Position numbers and translations under genes: made by a program. A stretch of DNA of 64,000 nucleotides from an uncultured Verrucomicrobiae bacterium (GTDB lineage Bacteria; Verrucomicrobiota; Verrucomicrobiia; Chthoniobacterales; JAFAMB01): the NCBI GenBank assembly GCA_963731325.1, contig CAVSUL010000009.1, positions 3,240-67,239 of the forward strand, given 5' to 3'. A model generated the notes under the pieces. The model was not told the origin of the DNA. It saw only the letters and a list, made by a program, of their open reading frames with translations, and did not search any database. Positions 25,311-33,824 of this stretch are shown one piece after another. Positions within the stretch are counted from its first letter, which is position 1. The number at the start of each line of letters is the position of its first letter.

Positions 25311-27710
25311 ATGTCCGCGAAGGTCGATCTCCACGTCCATTCCAAATTCAGCGATCGCTCGGCTGAATGGCTTTTTCGCCGATTCGATTTTCCGGATAGC
25401 TACTCGGATCCGAAAAAGCTCTATCGCCGGCTACGGGAAAAAGGGATGACCTTTGTCACCTTTACTGATCACAACCGGATCGACGGCTGCCTCGAGATTG
25501 CCGAAATGCCAGGTAGTTTTATCAGTGAGGAAGTCACCGCGCAGTTTCCCGAGGATCGAGTCGGAGTGCATCTCCTCTTGTGGAATATCACGGAAATGCA
25601 GCATCGAGAGATCGCTGAGGTGCGGCGCGACATCTATCAACTGCAACACTATCTCGCCGATCAGCAAATTGCGCACGCCGTTGCTCATCCGCTGTATGAC
25701 ATGGACCGCCAGTTAACTTCCGATCACATCCAGAAACTGGTATTGTTGTTTCAACATTTTGAAGGCGTTAACGGCTTGCGGGATTCACTGCTGAGCGAGG
25801 TCGCTCGATTCATCTTTCGGTCGCTCACCCCGGAGCTGACCGAAAAGTTCAGTGAACGCCATGGCCTTCAGCCAACCCATGCCGAACCTTGGCGCAAGAT
25901 TCTGATCGGTGGCTCAGACGATCATGCCGGAATCTTCCCCGCCTCAGCTTACACCGAGGCCCCCGCGTGCGATACGCCGGAGCAGTTCTTTGGTTCGGTC
26001 CGAAAAGGCGATTGTGTAATGCGCGGCCAAGGAGGCACTCCTCTGCTCATTTCGCACGGGCTGTACAACACCGCTTACCAGTTTGCCAAAGCCAAATTTT
26101 CAACTGCCGTTAATCCGAATATTGATTTTCTTGAGCTGATTTTTTCGCGGTTCATGGAGGGCAAAAACCCGACCCAATTTACTCTCGGCGAAAAGATGAT
26201 GCTTTTCGCCAATGGCATTCTCTCGGGCAAAATCTTTGAACTGGTCAAGCCGGCCAATCTTTCGATCTGGCCTGAGTTGGCTGCCTATTTCGGAAATTCC
26301 GATGTACAAGCACAGCTCGCTCGCGAGACCGAGGGAGTAAAAGAACCCGAGCGGCGAGCGTTTCTCATCGTAAGCACGATGGCCAACCAGCTTGCTTTCC
26401 GGTTCTTTGATAAATTTGTCCAACAGATCCGGGTTGGTGGTGTAGTTGAGGCGGTCCAATCGTTGAGCGCGCTCGTACCGATGGCTTTCTTGCTTGGCCC
26501 TTATTTCTACGGCTTTCACAGCCAGGCTCCATCGCGCCGGCGACTGGCGGGAATCACCCTCGGTACCGTCACGTTCGTACCAGACGTTTTGCAAAATACC
26601 CGACGCGCCTGGTTTACCGATACGCTCGAGGATGTGAACGGTGTGGCGACAACGATTCGGAAAATGACCTCGGCCGGCCTTGCGTTAGGCGTCGACCTGA
26701 TCGTCGTCACCTCGCTTCCGCGCATCAAAGTTCAGGACATTCCAATTAAGAACTTTCCGCCCATCGGAGAATTTGAACTGCCCGAATATGAGTTACAAAA
26801 GCTCAGTTTTCCGCCGGTACTCCATATGATGGAGTACATCCAGCGGGAGCGATTTAGCGAGCTGATTATCAGTACGCCAGGACCAGTCGGTCTAACGGCA
26901 CTCCTGGCGGCGAAATTGCTGGATCTGAAAGCGACCGGAATCTATCACACTGACTTCCCTCAGTACGTCCGGATTCTCACGCAGGATAATTACATGGAAA
27001 CCTTGGCGTGGAACTATATGCAATGGTTCTATTCGCAGTTGGATGTCGTTTATGTGAATTCCGAACATTATCGCCAATCGTGGATCCGGCGGGGAATTAT
27101 CCCGGAACGGTTGAAAATTTTGCCGCGCGGTTTGGACTCCGCTTTGTTCTCGCCCGAACATGGCGATCAACATTTCTGGGAGCGCTATGGCAAAGAACCC
27201 GGTGAGGTTGGGCTTCTTTATGTTGGACGGGTCTCCAAGGAGAAGAATTTGGATGTAGCGATTGCCGCCACCAACAAAATGCGCGGTGAAGGCTTGCCGG
27301 TGCGTCTGCTTGTTGTTGGGGACGGTCCGTACTTGAAGGAGTTGAAGGAGATCGTGCCGGAAGCCTGCTGCACAGGGTATCTGCAAGGGCACGAACTCGC
27401 GAAGGCGTTTGCTTCCAGCGATATCTTTGTTTTTCCCAGCACGACGGACACATTTGGGAATGTTGTGATGGAGGCGCAAGCCTCCGGGCTTCCGGCGGTC
27501 GTCTCCGATCTGGGCGGTCCGCGCGAGTTAGTCGAGGAAGGCGTCGATGGTTTCATTACGCGCGGTCTGGATGTCGGGAGCTTCGCGTCGGCCGTGCGGC
27601 GCTTGGTCCTGGATCCCGCACTGCGACAAAAGATGGGGCAAGCCGGCCGTCAACGGGTCCAGGACCGCAACTGGACCCAAGCGTTTCGCGCTTTCTGGAA
27701 CAATACCTAG
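25311..27710 (+). CDS. PHP-domain phosphoesterase fused to a GT4-family glycosyltransferase
   Basis: The N-terminal PHP motifs are VDLHVHSKFSD, TDHN and GGSDDH. The C-terminal GT4 region reads LLYVGRVSKEKNLD...VGDGPY...FVFPSTTDTFGNVVMEAQASGLPAVVSDLGGPRELVEEGVDGF and carries an EX7E motif. Confidence 0.8.
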   Translation: MSAKVDLHVHSKFSDRSAEWLFRRFDFPDSYSDPKKLYRRLREKGMTFVTFTDHNRIDGCLEIAEMPGSFISEEVTAQFPEDRVGVHLLLWNITEMQHREIAEVRRDIYQLQHYLADQQIAHAVAHPLYDMDRQLTSDHIQKLVLLFQHFEGVNGLRDSLLSEVARFIFRSLTPELTEKFSERHGLQPTHAEPWRKILIGGSDDHAGIFPASAYTEAPACDTPEQFFGSVRKGDCVMRGQGGTPLLISHGLYNTAYQFAKAKFSTAVNPNIDFLELIFSRFMEGKNPTQFTLGEKMMLFANGILSGKIFELVKPANLSIWPELAAYFGNSDVQAQLARETEGVKEPERRAFLIVSTMANQLAFRFFDKFVQQIRVGGVVEAVQSLSALVPMAFLLGPYFYGFHSQAPSRRRLAGITLGTVTFVPDVLQNTRRAWFTDTLEDVNGVATTIRKMTSAGLALGVDLIVVTSLPRIKVQDIPIKNFPPIGEFELPEYELQKLSFPPVLHMMEYIQRERFSELIISTPGPVGLTALLAAKLLDLKATGIYHTDFPQYVRILTQDNYMETLAWNYMQWFYSQLDVVYVNSEHYRQSWIRRGIIPERLKILPRGLDSALFSPEHGDQHFWERYGKEPGEVGLLYVGRVSKEKNLDVAIAATNKMRGEGLPVRLLVVGDGPYLKELKEIVPEACCTGYLQGHELAKAFASSDIFVFPSTTDTFGNVVMEAQASGLPAVVSDLGGPRELVEEGVDGFITRGLDVGSFASAVRRLVLDPALRQKMGQAGRQRVQDRNWTQAFRAFWNNT

Positions 27711-27756
27711 CGTACGCCGGTGAAATCCGTGGTTTTCACCTCTTCAGCCACGGAAG

Positions 27757-28566
27757 CTACTCCTTAACCTCCTCTGTGATCACCGTGAATCCTTCGAGCA
27801 GATGTTTGCCGAACACCATTGTGATCGGCACATCACCGGCGTCGCGTCCCCGACCGATCACGATGCGCCCGATGCGGCGGCGATTGTGCCTGGCATCGAA
27901 GGTGTGCCAAGTTTTTCCCAAATAAACTTCGAACCAAGCGCTGAAATCCATCGGATCGGGTACAGGAGGCACGCCGATATCGCCAAGGTAGCCGGTGACG
28001 TACCGTGCCGGGATGTTCAGGCAGCGACACAAGGTGATGGCGAGATGCGTGAAATCCCGGCACACACCCACCCGCTCCCGGAACGCCTCAAGAGCGGTTC
28101 GATTGGCCCTCGCCTGTAGATAGTCAAACCGGAGATGTTGATGAACGAAATCGCAGATCATTTGGACTCGGGGCCATCCGGAAGCATTACCGAACTTCTG
28201 CCACGCGAACTCCATTAACTCGCTGTCGACCTCGCAGTAACGACTCGGCAACAGAAAATGCAAGGTCTCTACCGGCAGCTCGCGAATATCCTCCTGCGAC
28301 GCGTCGGGGACTGACGGATCGAGCGCGCCACTATCCCGGATAAGGGCGCTATTCTGAAAGCGAACGACCCCGGCGGGCACGTTCACGCGGCCACAGCGAT
28401 TGCCAAAGCTATCCAGGTACTCAACGATTCCCAGGCCGGGGTCAATCTGGAAAAGCTCCGGAGCAACGAGGTCTTTTTCCCGCGAAGGATGGACGTTCAG
28501 GACGTAGACGATTGCCGTCGGGAGGGGGATACGCAGGGCGATATCGAAGCCAATTTTAATCAACAT
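27757..28566 (-). CDS. Transglutaminase-like family protein
   Basis: GVCRDFTHLAITLCRCLNIPARYVTGY contains the Cys of the transglutaminase core, and WFEVYL follows downstream. The ATG at 28566 overlaps the upstream gene's stop. Confidence 0.85.
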   Translation of the reverse strand: MLIKIGFDIALRIPLPTAIVYVLNVHPSREKDLVAPELFQIDPGLGIVEYLDSFGNRCGRVNVPAGVVRFQNSALIRDSGALDPSVPDASQEDIRELPVETLHFLLPSRYCEVDSELMEFAWQKFGNASGWPRVQMICDFVHQHLRFDYLQARANRTALEAFRERVGVCRDFTHLAITLCRCLNIPARYVTGYLGDIGVPPVPDPMDFSAWFEVYLGKTWHTFDARHNRRRIGRIVIGRGRDAGDVPITMVFGKHLLEGFTVITEEVKE

Positions 28567-29767
28567 TACCTTTTTCCATGTGTTGGACCCCTTCCCAGAG
28601 CAGCACAACCCTTGCCAGGATTTGTGCGCCCAGAAGCAAAGCTCGTTCGTCCAAATCAAACGTACTGGTGTGCAACGGCCGAACAGATTGGCCGGGCGAC
28701 CGCACCCCGAGATTCATCATGCAACCGGGAACGAGCTGCAGATAATCCGCGAAATCCTCCGCTCCCAAGCTCGGGGGAATATCTTCGATGACCGCTTCTG
28801 ACCCAAACAGCTCGCGCACAGCCCGGGCGCAAAGCTGCGTGATGCGGGAATCATTTTTCACCCCGGGAAGAAGGGGATCGAAGCGCACCGAGATTTCCGC
28901 CCCAAAGCTGGCGGCGACCCCGCGACAAAGCTGGGCGACAAAGTCACGCGCCTGTTCCACCGCTTCCCGGTGCAGCGACCGAATCGTTCCTCGAATCTCC
29001 GCCTTATCCGGGATGACATTGGATGCGTACCCTGCCTGGAGCTGACCAATCGTCAGCACAAGAGGTTGACGGGAATCGATGTGCCGGGGAACGGCCTGGT
29101 ACAGGAGGGTAATCAGATGGGCGGCGACGGCAATCGGATCCACGGTCAGGTGAGGTCGCGCGCCGTGCCCGCCGCGGCCTTGGACATCGAGCTCAAAATC
29201 CAGGCAGCAAGCGGTCCGCGGTCCCGGGGTAACTCCGATTTGACCTAGGTCGAGATTTGGGTCGACGTGGAGCGCGACAACGCCTTGGACATTGTCCAGG
29301 GCTCCAGACTCGATCATTTCCCGCGCGCCTTGGCCGCTCTCTTCGGACGGCTGGAAAATACTTCGCCACCCGCTCGGTAGCGGACTCACCCGATGCAGGG
29401 CAATCGTGGCAGCCAGCAACATCGCGGTATGGGCATCATGTCCGCAGGCGTGCATCACCCCGGCATTGGCGGAGCGATAGGACGTCGCATTTTCTTCGGC
29501 AATTGGCAGTGCATCCATGTCCGCGCGCAGCGCAATGTTGGGTCCTGGCACATGTCGCGGGACGATCTCGGTCAAAATTCCCCGGCCGGTGGGGTTGATC
29601 CTGCAAGGAACCCGAGCCGCCGCCAGCCGCTCTGCGACGGCGGCCGTCGTCCTCAATTCGCTTCCGCTGAGCTCCGGGTGTTGATGAAGGTGACGGCGGA
29701 AAGCGATCAGCTGAGGCTCAAGCGAGCAAAGTTCGGCGTCGACTTGCTGGTCAAGTTCTGTACTCAT
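28556..29767 (-). CDS. M20-family amidohydrolase (N-acyl-amino-acid amidohydrolase / hippuricase-like)
   Basis: Family motifs are FRRHLHQHPELSGSE, ALRADMDALP, HACGHDAH and FQPSEE. The ATG at 29767 avoids overlap with rpsN. Confidence 0.85.
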   Translation of the reverse strand: MSTELDQQVDAELCSLEPQLIAFRRHLHQHPELSGSELRTTAAVAERLAAARVPCRINPTGRGILTEIVPRHVPGPNIALRADMDALPIAEENATSYRSANAGVMHACGHDAHTAMLLAATIALHRVSPLPSGWRSIFQPSEESGQGAREMIESGALDNVQGVVALHVDPNLDLGQIGVTPGPRTACCLDFELDVQGRGGHGARPHLTVDPIAVAAHLITLLYQAVPRHIDSRQPLVLTIGQLQAGYASNVIPDKAEIRGTIRSLHREAVEQARDFVAQLCRGVAASFGAEISVRFDPLLPGVKNDSRITQLCARAVRELFGSEAVIEDIPPSLGAEDFADYLQLVPGCMMNLGVRSPGQSVRPLHTSTFDLDERALLLGAQILARVVLLWEGVQHMEKGNVD

Positions 29768-29855
29768 AGGTGCTTCAGTCCAAGGCTGGAAAACCGCTTT
29801 CAGAAAGTTTTCTGTTGAAAAAGGCTGCTTCTCAATTAACTTCGGCGTTCTTTGT

Positions 29856-30125
29856 ATGGCAAAGAAAGCTTGGATTGAGCGAGACAAACGAAAGCGGGAA
29901 ACGGTGCGGAAGTACGCTGCGCTGCGAGCTGAGTTGAAAGCGAAGGGCGATTACGCCGCTCTAGCCCAGCTTCCGCGCGACGCCAGTCCGACCCGGGTGG
30001 TGAATCGCTGTCAGCAAAGCGGCCGGCGGCGTGGCTTTATCCGTCGGTTCCGTTTGTCGCGGCTCGCGTTTCGTGAACTTGCGTCCCAGGGAATGATTCC
30101 CGGGGTCACTAAATCGAGTTGGTAG
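29856..30125 (+). CDS. rpsN: 30S ribosomal protein S14, long form without zinc-ribbon cysteines
   Basis: The 89-aa sequence MAKKAWIERDKRKRETVRKYAALR...NRCQQSGRRRGFIRRFRLSRLAFRELASQGMIPGVTKSSW is the canonical S14 sequence. Confidence 0.95.
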   Translation: MAKKAWIERDKRKRETVRKYAALRAELKAKGDYAALAQLPRDASPTRVVNRCQQSGRRRGFIRRFRLSRLAFRELASQGMIPGVTKSSW

Positions 30126-30365
30126 CGCGAGTGTTTATCGCGAGGCCGCTCGTACGTCTCCGAGAAACCGGCGAGGGCTCGAATGAAGAGGTTGTCTCAC
30201 CGGTCGGGAGCTAATCCCTACCGCGCCTCGTCCTTGATTGTCGCCCCAACCAATTACCCCTCCGATGCTCGGCCGCCCCGCGTGTTGATCGACCCGTGGA
30301 TCGTGCGATTAGGTTGGTAGAGCTAGCTTTTGGATAACGCAATAACCAGTCTTTTTGGGGTGCCG

Positions 30366-31736
30366 ATGGCCTACTGCCTGATGGAGATGGAGACCCAGTT
30401 TGCGTCTTCAGGCTCTATTCTGCTGAATTTCTTGATCATTTTCTTGCTGGTTTTCCTGAACGGATTCTTTGTCGCATCCGAATTTGCCCTGGTGAAGGTG
30501 CGATCCAGTCAGTTGGACGCGTTGGAGGAAGAAGGCAATCGCCGAGCCAATTTTGCTCGTCACCTCACTTCCCACTTGGACGCCTATCTTTCGGCGACTC
30601 AACTGGGTATTACCTTATCGAGTCTTGGTTTGGGCTGGATCGGCGAACCTTATGTGGCGCGGTTGCTGGTGCCGGTTCTTTTCCGGTGGGGGATCGTGTC
30701 CGAGACGGTCGTTCATGGGATCGCGTTCGGCGTCGGTTTCGGATTCATTACTTACCTGCACATTGTGCTCGGAGAAGTTACTCCGAAATCGATCGCCATT
30801 CGCCAGGCCGTGGCCACTAGTTTGGTGGTTAGTCCGCCACTTCACATTTTCTATGTCGTTTTCCGACCGGCCATCTGGTTTCTGCAGTCTTCGGCCAACT
30901 GGATCCTGAAATTTGTTCTCCGCATGGACCCGGTTGTTGAACAGGAGCTAGGCCATAGTGAAGAGGAACTCCGAGTAATCTTGACGGAGGGCGAGCAGTC
31001 GCCGGAAGTGACTGAACTGAGCAAGGAACTCCTCATCAATGCGCTCGATTTTCGCCGCCGCGTCGTTCGCGACATCATGACGCCCCGGGGTGACGTGATC
31101 TACCTCGATCTCCAGGACACGTTTGAGGCAAACCTCCAGGTGGCTTTGGAGTCGGGACACACGCGGTTTCCGCTTGTCCAGGGCCATCTCGATAATGCGA
31201 TCGGACTAATCCATATCAAGGATCTCATGCGCGAGATCAAGAAGGAGAAGCCCGACCTTCTCGCGGTGAAGCGCGAACTCATGCCGGTACCGGAGTTCAT
31301 GCCGTTGGAGAAGTTGCTCAAGGCCTTTTTAGCGAAGCGCGCGCATCTCGCTCTGGTGGTCGACGAATACGGAGGTGCGGTCGGCATCGTATCGCTTGAC
31401 AACGTCTTGAGCGAATTGGTTGGGGAAATCCAGGATGAATTCGACCACGAACCGGTCAAGCAGTTCGTTCGCCTGAACGATCAGGAATTCGTTGTACAAG
31501 GCCAGGTCAATCTCTACGAGTTGCAGGAGTTGGCCGATCTCACACTTGCGGCTGCTGACGTCAGTACGATTGGCGGATATGTAGTGCAGCTGTTGGGCCA
31601 TCTGCCGAGGCAAGGGGAACAGGCAAGGATCGCCGATTACCTCGTAACCATCACCCAGACGGATGGACGTCGGATACTCCAACTGCATTTTAAACGCGTG
31701 CAGCCCCAGCCCGATGAAGTGGCCAAAGGGACGTGA
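30366..31736 (+). CDS. CNNM/DUF21-CBS-CorC_HlyC family protein (hemolysin/TlyC-CorC-like transporter)
   Basis: The DUF21 N-terminus is FLNGFFVASEFALVKVR. A CBS pair (VRDIMTPR) and a CorC_HlyC C-terminus (TIGGYVVQLLGHLP) follow. The start is ambiguous between 30330 and 30387. Confidence 0.9.
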   Translation: MAYCLMEMETQFASSGSILLNFLIIFLLVFLNGFFVASEFALVKVRSSQLDALEEEGNRRANFARHLTSHLDAYLSATQLGITLSSLGLGWIGEPYVARLLVPVLFRWGIVSETVVHGIAFGVGFGFITYLHIVLGEVTPKSIAIRQAVATSLVVSPPLHIFYVVFRPAIWFLQSSANWILKFVLRMDPVVEQELGHSEEELRVILTEGEQSPEVTELSKELLINALDFRRRVVRDIMTPRGDVIYLDLQDTFEANLQVALESGHTRFPLVQGHLDNAIGLIHIKDLMREIKKEKPDLLAVKRELMPVPEFMPLEKLLKAFLAKRAHLALVVDEYGGAVGIVSLDNVLSELVGEIQDEFDHEPVKQFVRLNDQEFVVQGQVNLYELQELADLTLAAADVSTIGGYVVQLLGHLPRQGEQARIADYLVTITQTDGRRILQLHFKRVQPQPDEVAKGT

Positions 31737-31852
31737 ACCGGGAAAACAGGTGTCCGCCGGTGCCGTTGTGGGTCGCACCGCACTCCACAAGCTCCGGCCC
31801 AAACTGGGCGCTGGTTGCACAGAGACCGTGGCATTCCGGCGGGCTCCCAATC

Positions 31853-32701
31853 TTACAAGAGATTTTCGACAAATTTTTCTTTATCGAAGTAATCGAAGTC
31901 CTGGATTTTCTCGCCGGTCCCGACGAATCTGGGAGGCAGGTCAACCTCGTTCTGGATGGCAACCGCCACTCCGCCTTTCCCCGAACCATCCAGCTTGGTT
32001 ACAACCACTCCGGTTACACCGATCGCGCTCTTGAACTGCTTGGCTTGCACCAATGCGTTGCTGCCGGTGTTAGCGTCGACCACCAGGAGAGTTTCGTGCG
32101 GCGCGGTCTCGTCGTGCTTTTGCAGGGTCCGGACAATCTTCCCAAGCTCTTGCATGAGATTGTGTTTGGTGTGGAGGCGACCGGCGGTATCGCAGATCAG
32201 GAATTCAATATTCCTCTTGTGCGCTGCCGAATAAGCGTCGTAGCAAAGAGCCGCCGGATCAGCGTTGTAATCGGAGGCGACGAGATCGACCTGGAGGCGT
32301 TCGGCCCAGATCTTGAGTTGTTCGATCGCCGCCGCTCGGAATGTATCGGCGGCTACCAGCATTACACTGTGACGATTTGACCGCAAGAGATGGGCCAACT
32401 TCGCAGTCGACGTGGTTTTGCCGGTGCCATTCACCCCGGCCATTAAAATCACCCGAGGACGGTCCGGCAGCGGGCGGAGGCGCGGACTATCGATCGGAAG
32501 GATCTGCTCGATAAAATACCGGGTGACCTCAATGATCTCTCTCGCGGTAATCCGATCGGGCCGACGCTGGAGATCCTCGATGATCTTCAATGTCATCGGT
32601 ACCCCGATATCTGACCGGATCAGCAATTCCTCGAGTTCATCCCAATCGACCGGTTTGCCGCTGAACCGTTCAACAATGTTTTTGAAAAATCCGAAAGCCA
32701 T
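31853..32701 (-). CDS. ftsY: Signal recognition particle receptor FtsY (short form)
   Basis: Diagnostic motifs are GVNGTGKTTSTAKLA, DTAGRLH and TKLDGSGKGG. Confidence 0.95.
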   Translation of the reverse strand: MAFGFFKNIVERFSGKPVDWDELEELLIRSDIGVPMTLKIIEDLQRRPDRITAREIIEVTRYFIEQILPIDSPRLRPLPDRPRVILMAGVNGTGKTTSTAKLAHLLRSNRHSVMLVAADTFRAAAIEQLKIWAERLQVDLVASDYNADPAALCYDAYSAAHKRNIEFLICDTAGRLHTKHNLMQELGKIVRTLQKHDETAPHETLLVVDANTGSNALVQAKQFKSAIGVTGVVVTKLDGSGKGGVAVAIQNEVDLPPRFVGTGEKIQDFDYFDKEKFVENLL

Positions 32702-32719
32702 GGCAACGACTCGCGCGGC

Positions 32720-33154
32720 TCAGGCCTGCGCGGTTCGCAGTGGTCTGCTTAGATCGAGTTTGACCCGATCAAGAACTCCGTTTACGAACTTGCCGGAATC
32801 CTCAGTTCCGAATTTTTTAGCGATATCGATAGCTTCGTTGATGGCAACGATCGGAGGGACGTCGGGGACGTAGAGCATCTCGTAAATGGCGATCCTTAAC
32901 ACATTTCGATCGACGACCGCGATGCGTCGCAGCTCATAATTCAGGGCATAGTTGGCGATTTTCTCGTCGATGACGGGTTGCCGCTCGATGACGCCACGGG
33001 CCAGATCGATCGCGAACGTTCGAATGCTGGGGCTGGCGGGCCGGATTTCCCAAAAACTGGCCAGATCGTTTTCCGCGAGCCGGCCCTTGATATTCAAATC
33101 CCAATGGAAAAGCAACTGGAGCGCGGCTTCTCTCCCTTCTCGTCGTTTACCCAT
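32720..33154 (-). CDS. nusB: Transcription antitermination factor NusB
   Basis: REAALQLLFHWDL and AINEAIDIAKKFG are present. It overlaps the ribH stop by 8 nt, giving the classic ribH-nusB linkage. Confidence 0.9.
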   Translation of the reverse strand: MGKRREGREAALQLLFHWDLNIKGRLAENDLASFWEIRPASPSIRTFAIDLARGVIERQPVIDEKIANYALNYELRRIAVVDRNVLRIAIYEMLYVPDVPPIVAINEAIDIAKKFGTEDSGKFVNGVLDRVKLDLSRPLRTAQA

Positions 33155-33638
33155 AAGGTTTTTCCTCCTCGGAAATACGAGAAAGAGTCCGGAGCATACG
33201 AACGCTGGCCCTGGCTGCCTCAGTCCCGCGATTCAGGTTCGGAGAGAGGCAGCGCCGCTCCGCCTGGGCTTCGTCGCGGACTACGATGACTTCATGAAAA
33301 ACCGGGATCTGATGGCGCAGGCTGATTTCCATAAGCGCTTCGCTCACCGTTCTCGCAATCAACGAGGCATGCAAAGTTTCACCGTCGAAAATCACTCCAA
33401 AAGCGAGTACACCATCCGGACGAAGCCGCTGCACGCCCATCTGAACGGCGAGAGGGATTTCGAAGGATCCGGGAACCCGGACGACGACCGTCGCAGCCGA
33501 AGGCACGATGGCGGCTAATTCCTGCTTGGCATGCTGGAGCAGGCCATCGACAAACAGCCGGTTGTACTCGCTTGCGACGATTAAAATCCGCCAATTTTCC
33601 GGTCCGCTTGCCGGTCGATCTGGAAGCGCCGTCGACAT
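33147..33638 (-). CDS. ribH: 6,7-dimethyl-8-ribityllumazine synthase
   Basis: ILIVASEYNRLFVDGLL...VVRVPGSFEIPLAVQ...GVIFDGETLHASLI fits the family. An internal ATG is preferred over the 210-aa longest ORF. Confidence 0.9.
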   Translation of the reverse strand: MSTALPDRPASGPENWRILIVASEYNRLFVDGLLQHAKQELAAIVPSAATVVVRVPGSFEIPLAVQMGVQRLRPDGVLAFGVIFDGETLHASLIARTVSEALMEISLRHQIPVFHEVIVVRDEAQAERRCLSPNLNRGTEAARASVRMLRTLSRISEEEKPYG

Positions 33639-33824
33639 GAGTCCGGGACGATACTCCTCATCAGGGGTACCGCAAGGCAGCAGAATACCGCTGGCGGGCA
33701 GCGCGGACGGCCTCCTCAATATTTTAAGGTGACGCACGAGCCCGTGTGCCTTACCCGAGGACGAAGGTTCCGCTGCCACAGCCTCGATCGCTCGCCCGGC
33801 TTAGGCCGTGGTGAGCGATCCAGG

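Noticed and set aside
29788-29813. Zur-box-like palindrome upstream of rpsN.
   Set aside because: It is only a 6/7 imperfect inverted repeat with a 12-nt spacer and has no resemblance to a known Zur consensus that I can recall. I mention it under the rpsN finding but do not call it a site.
30126-30365. Possible metal-ion riboswitch (M-box or similar) in the 240-nt leader of the CNNM/CorC-like gene.
   Set aside because: I recognise no conserved riboswitch core sequences by eye. The interval is unusually long and would be worth a cmsearch, but I cannot support a call.
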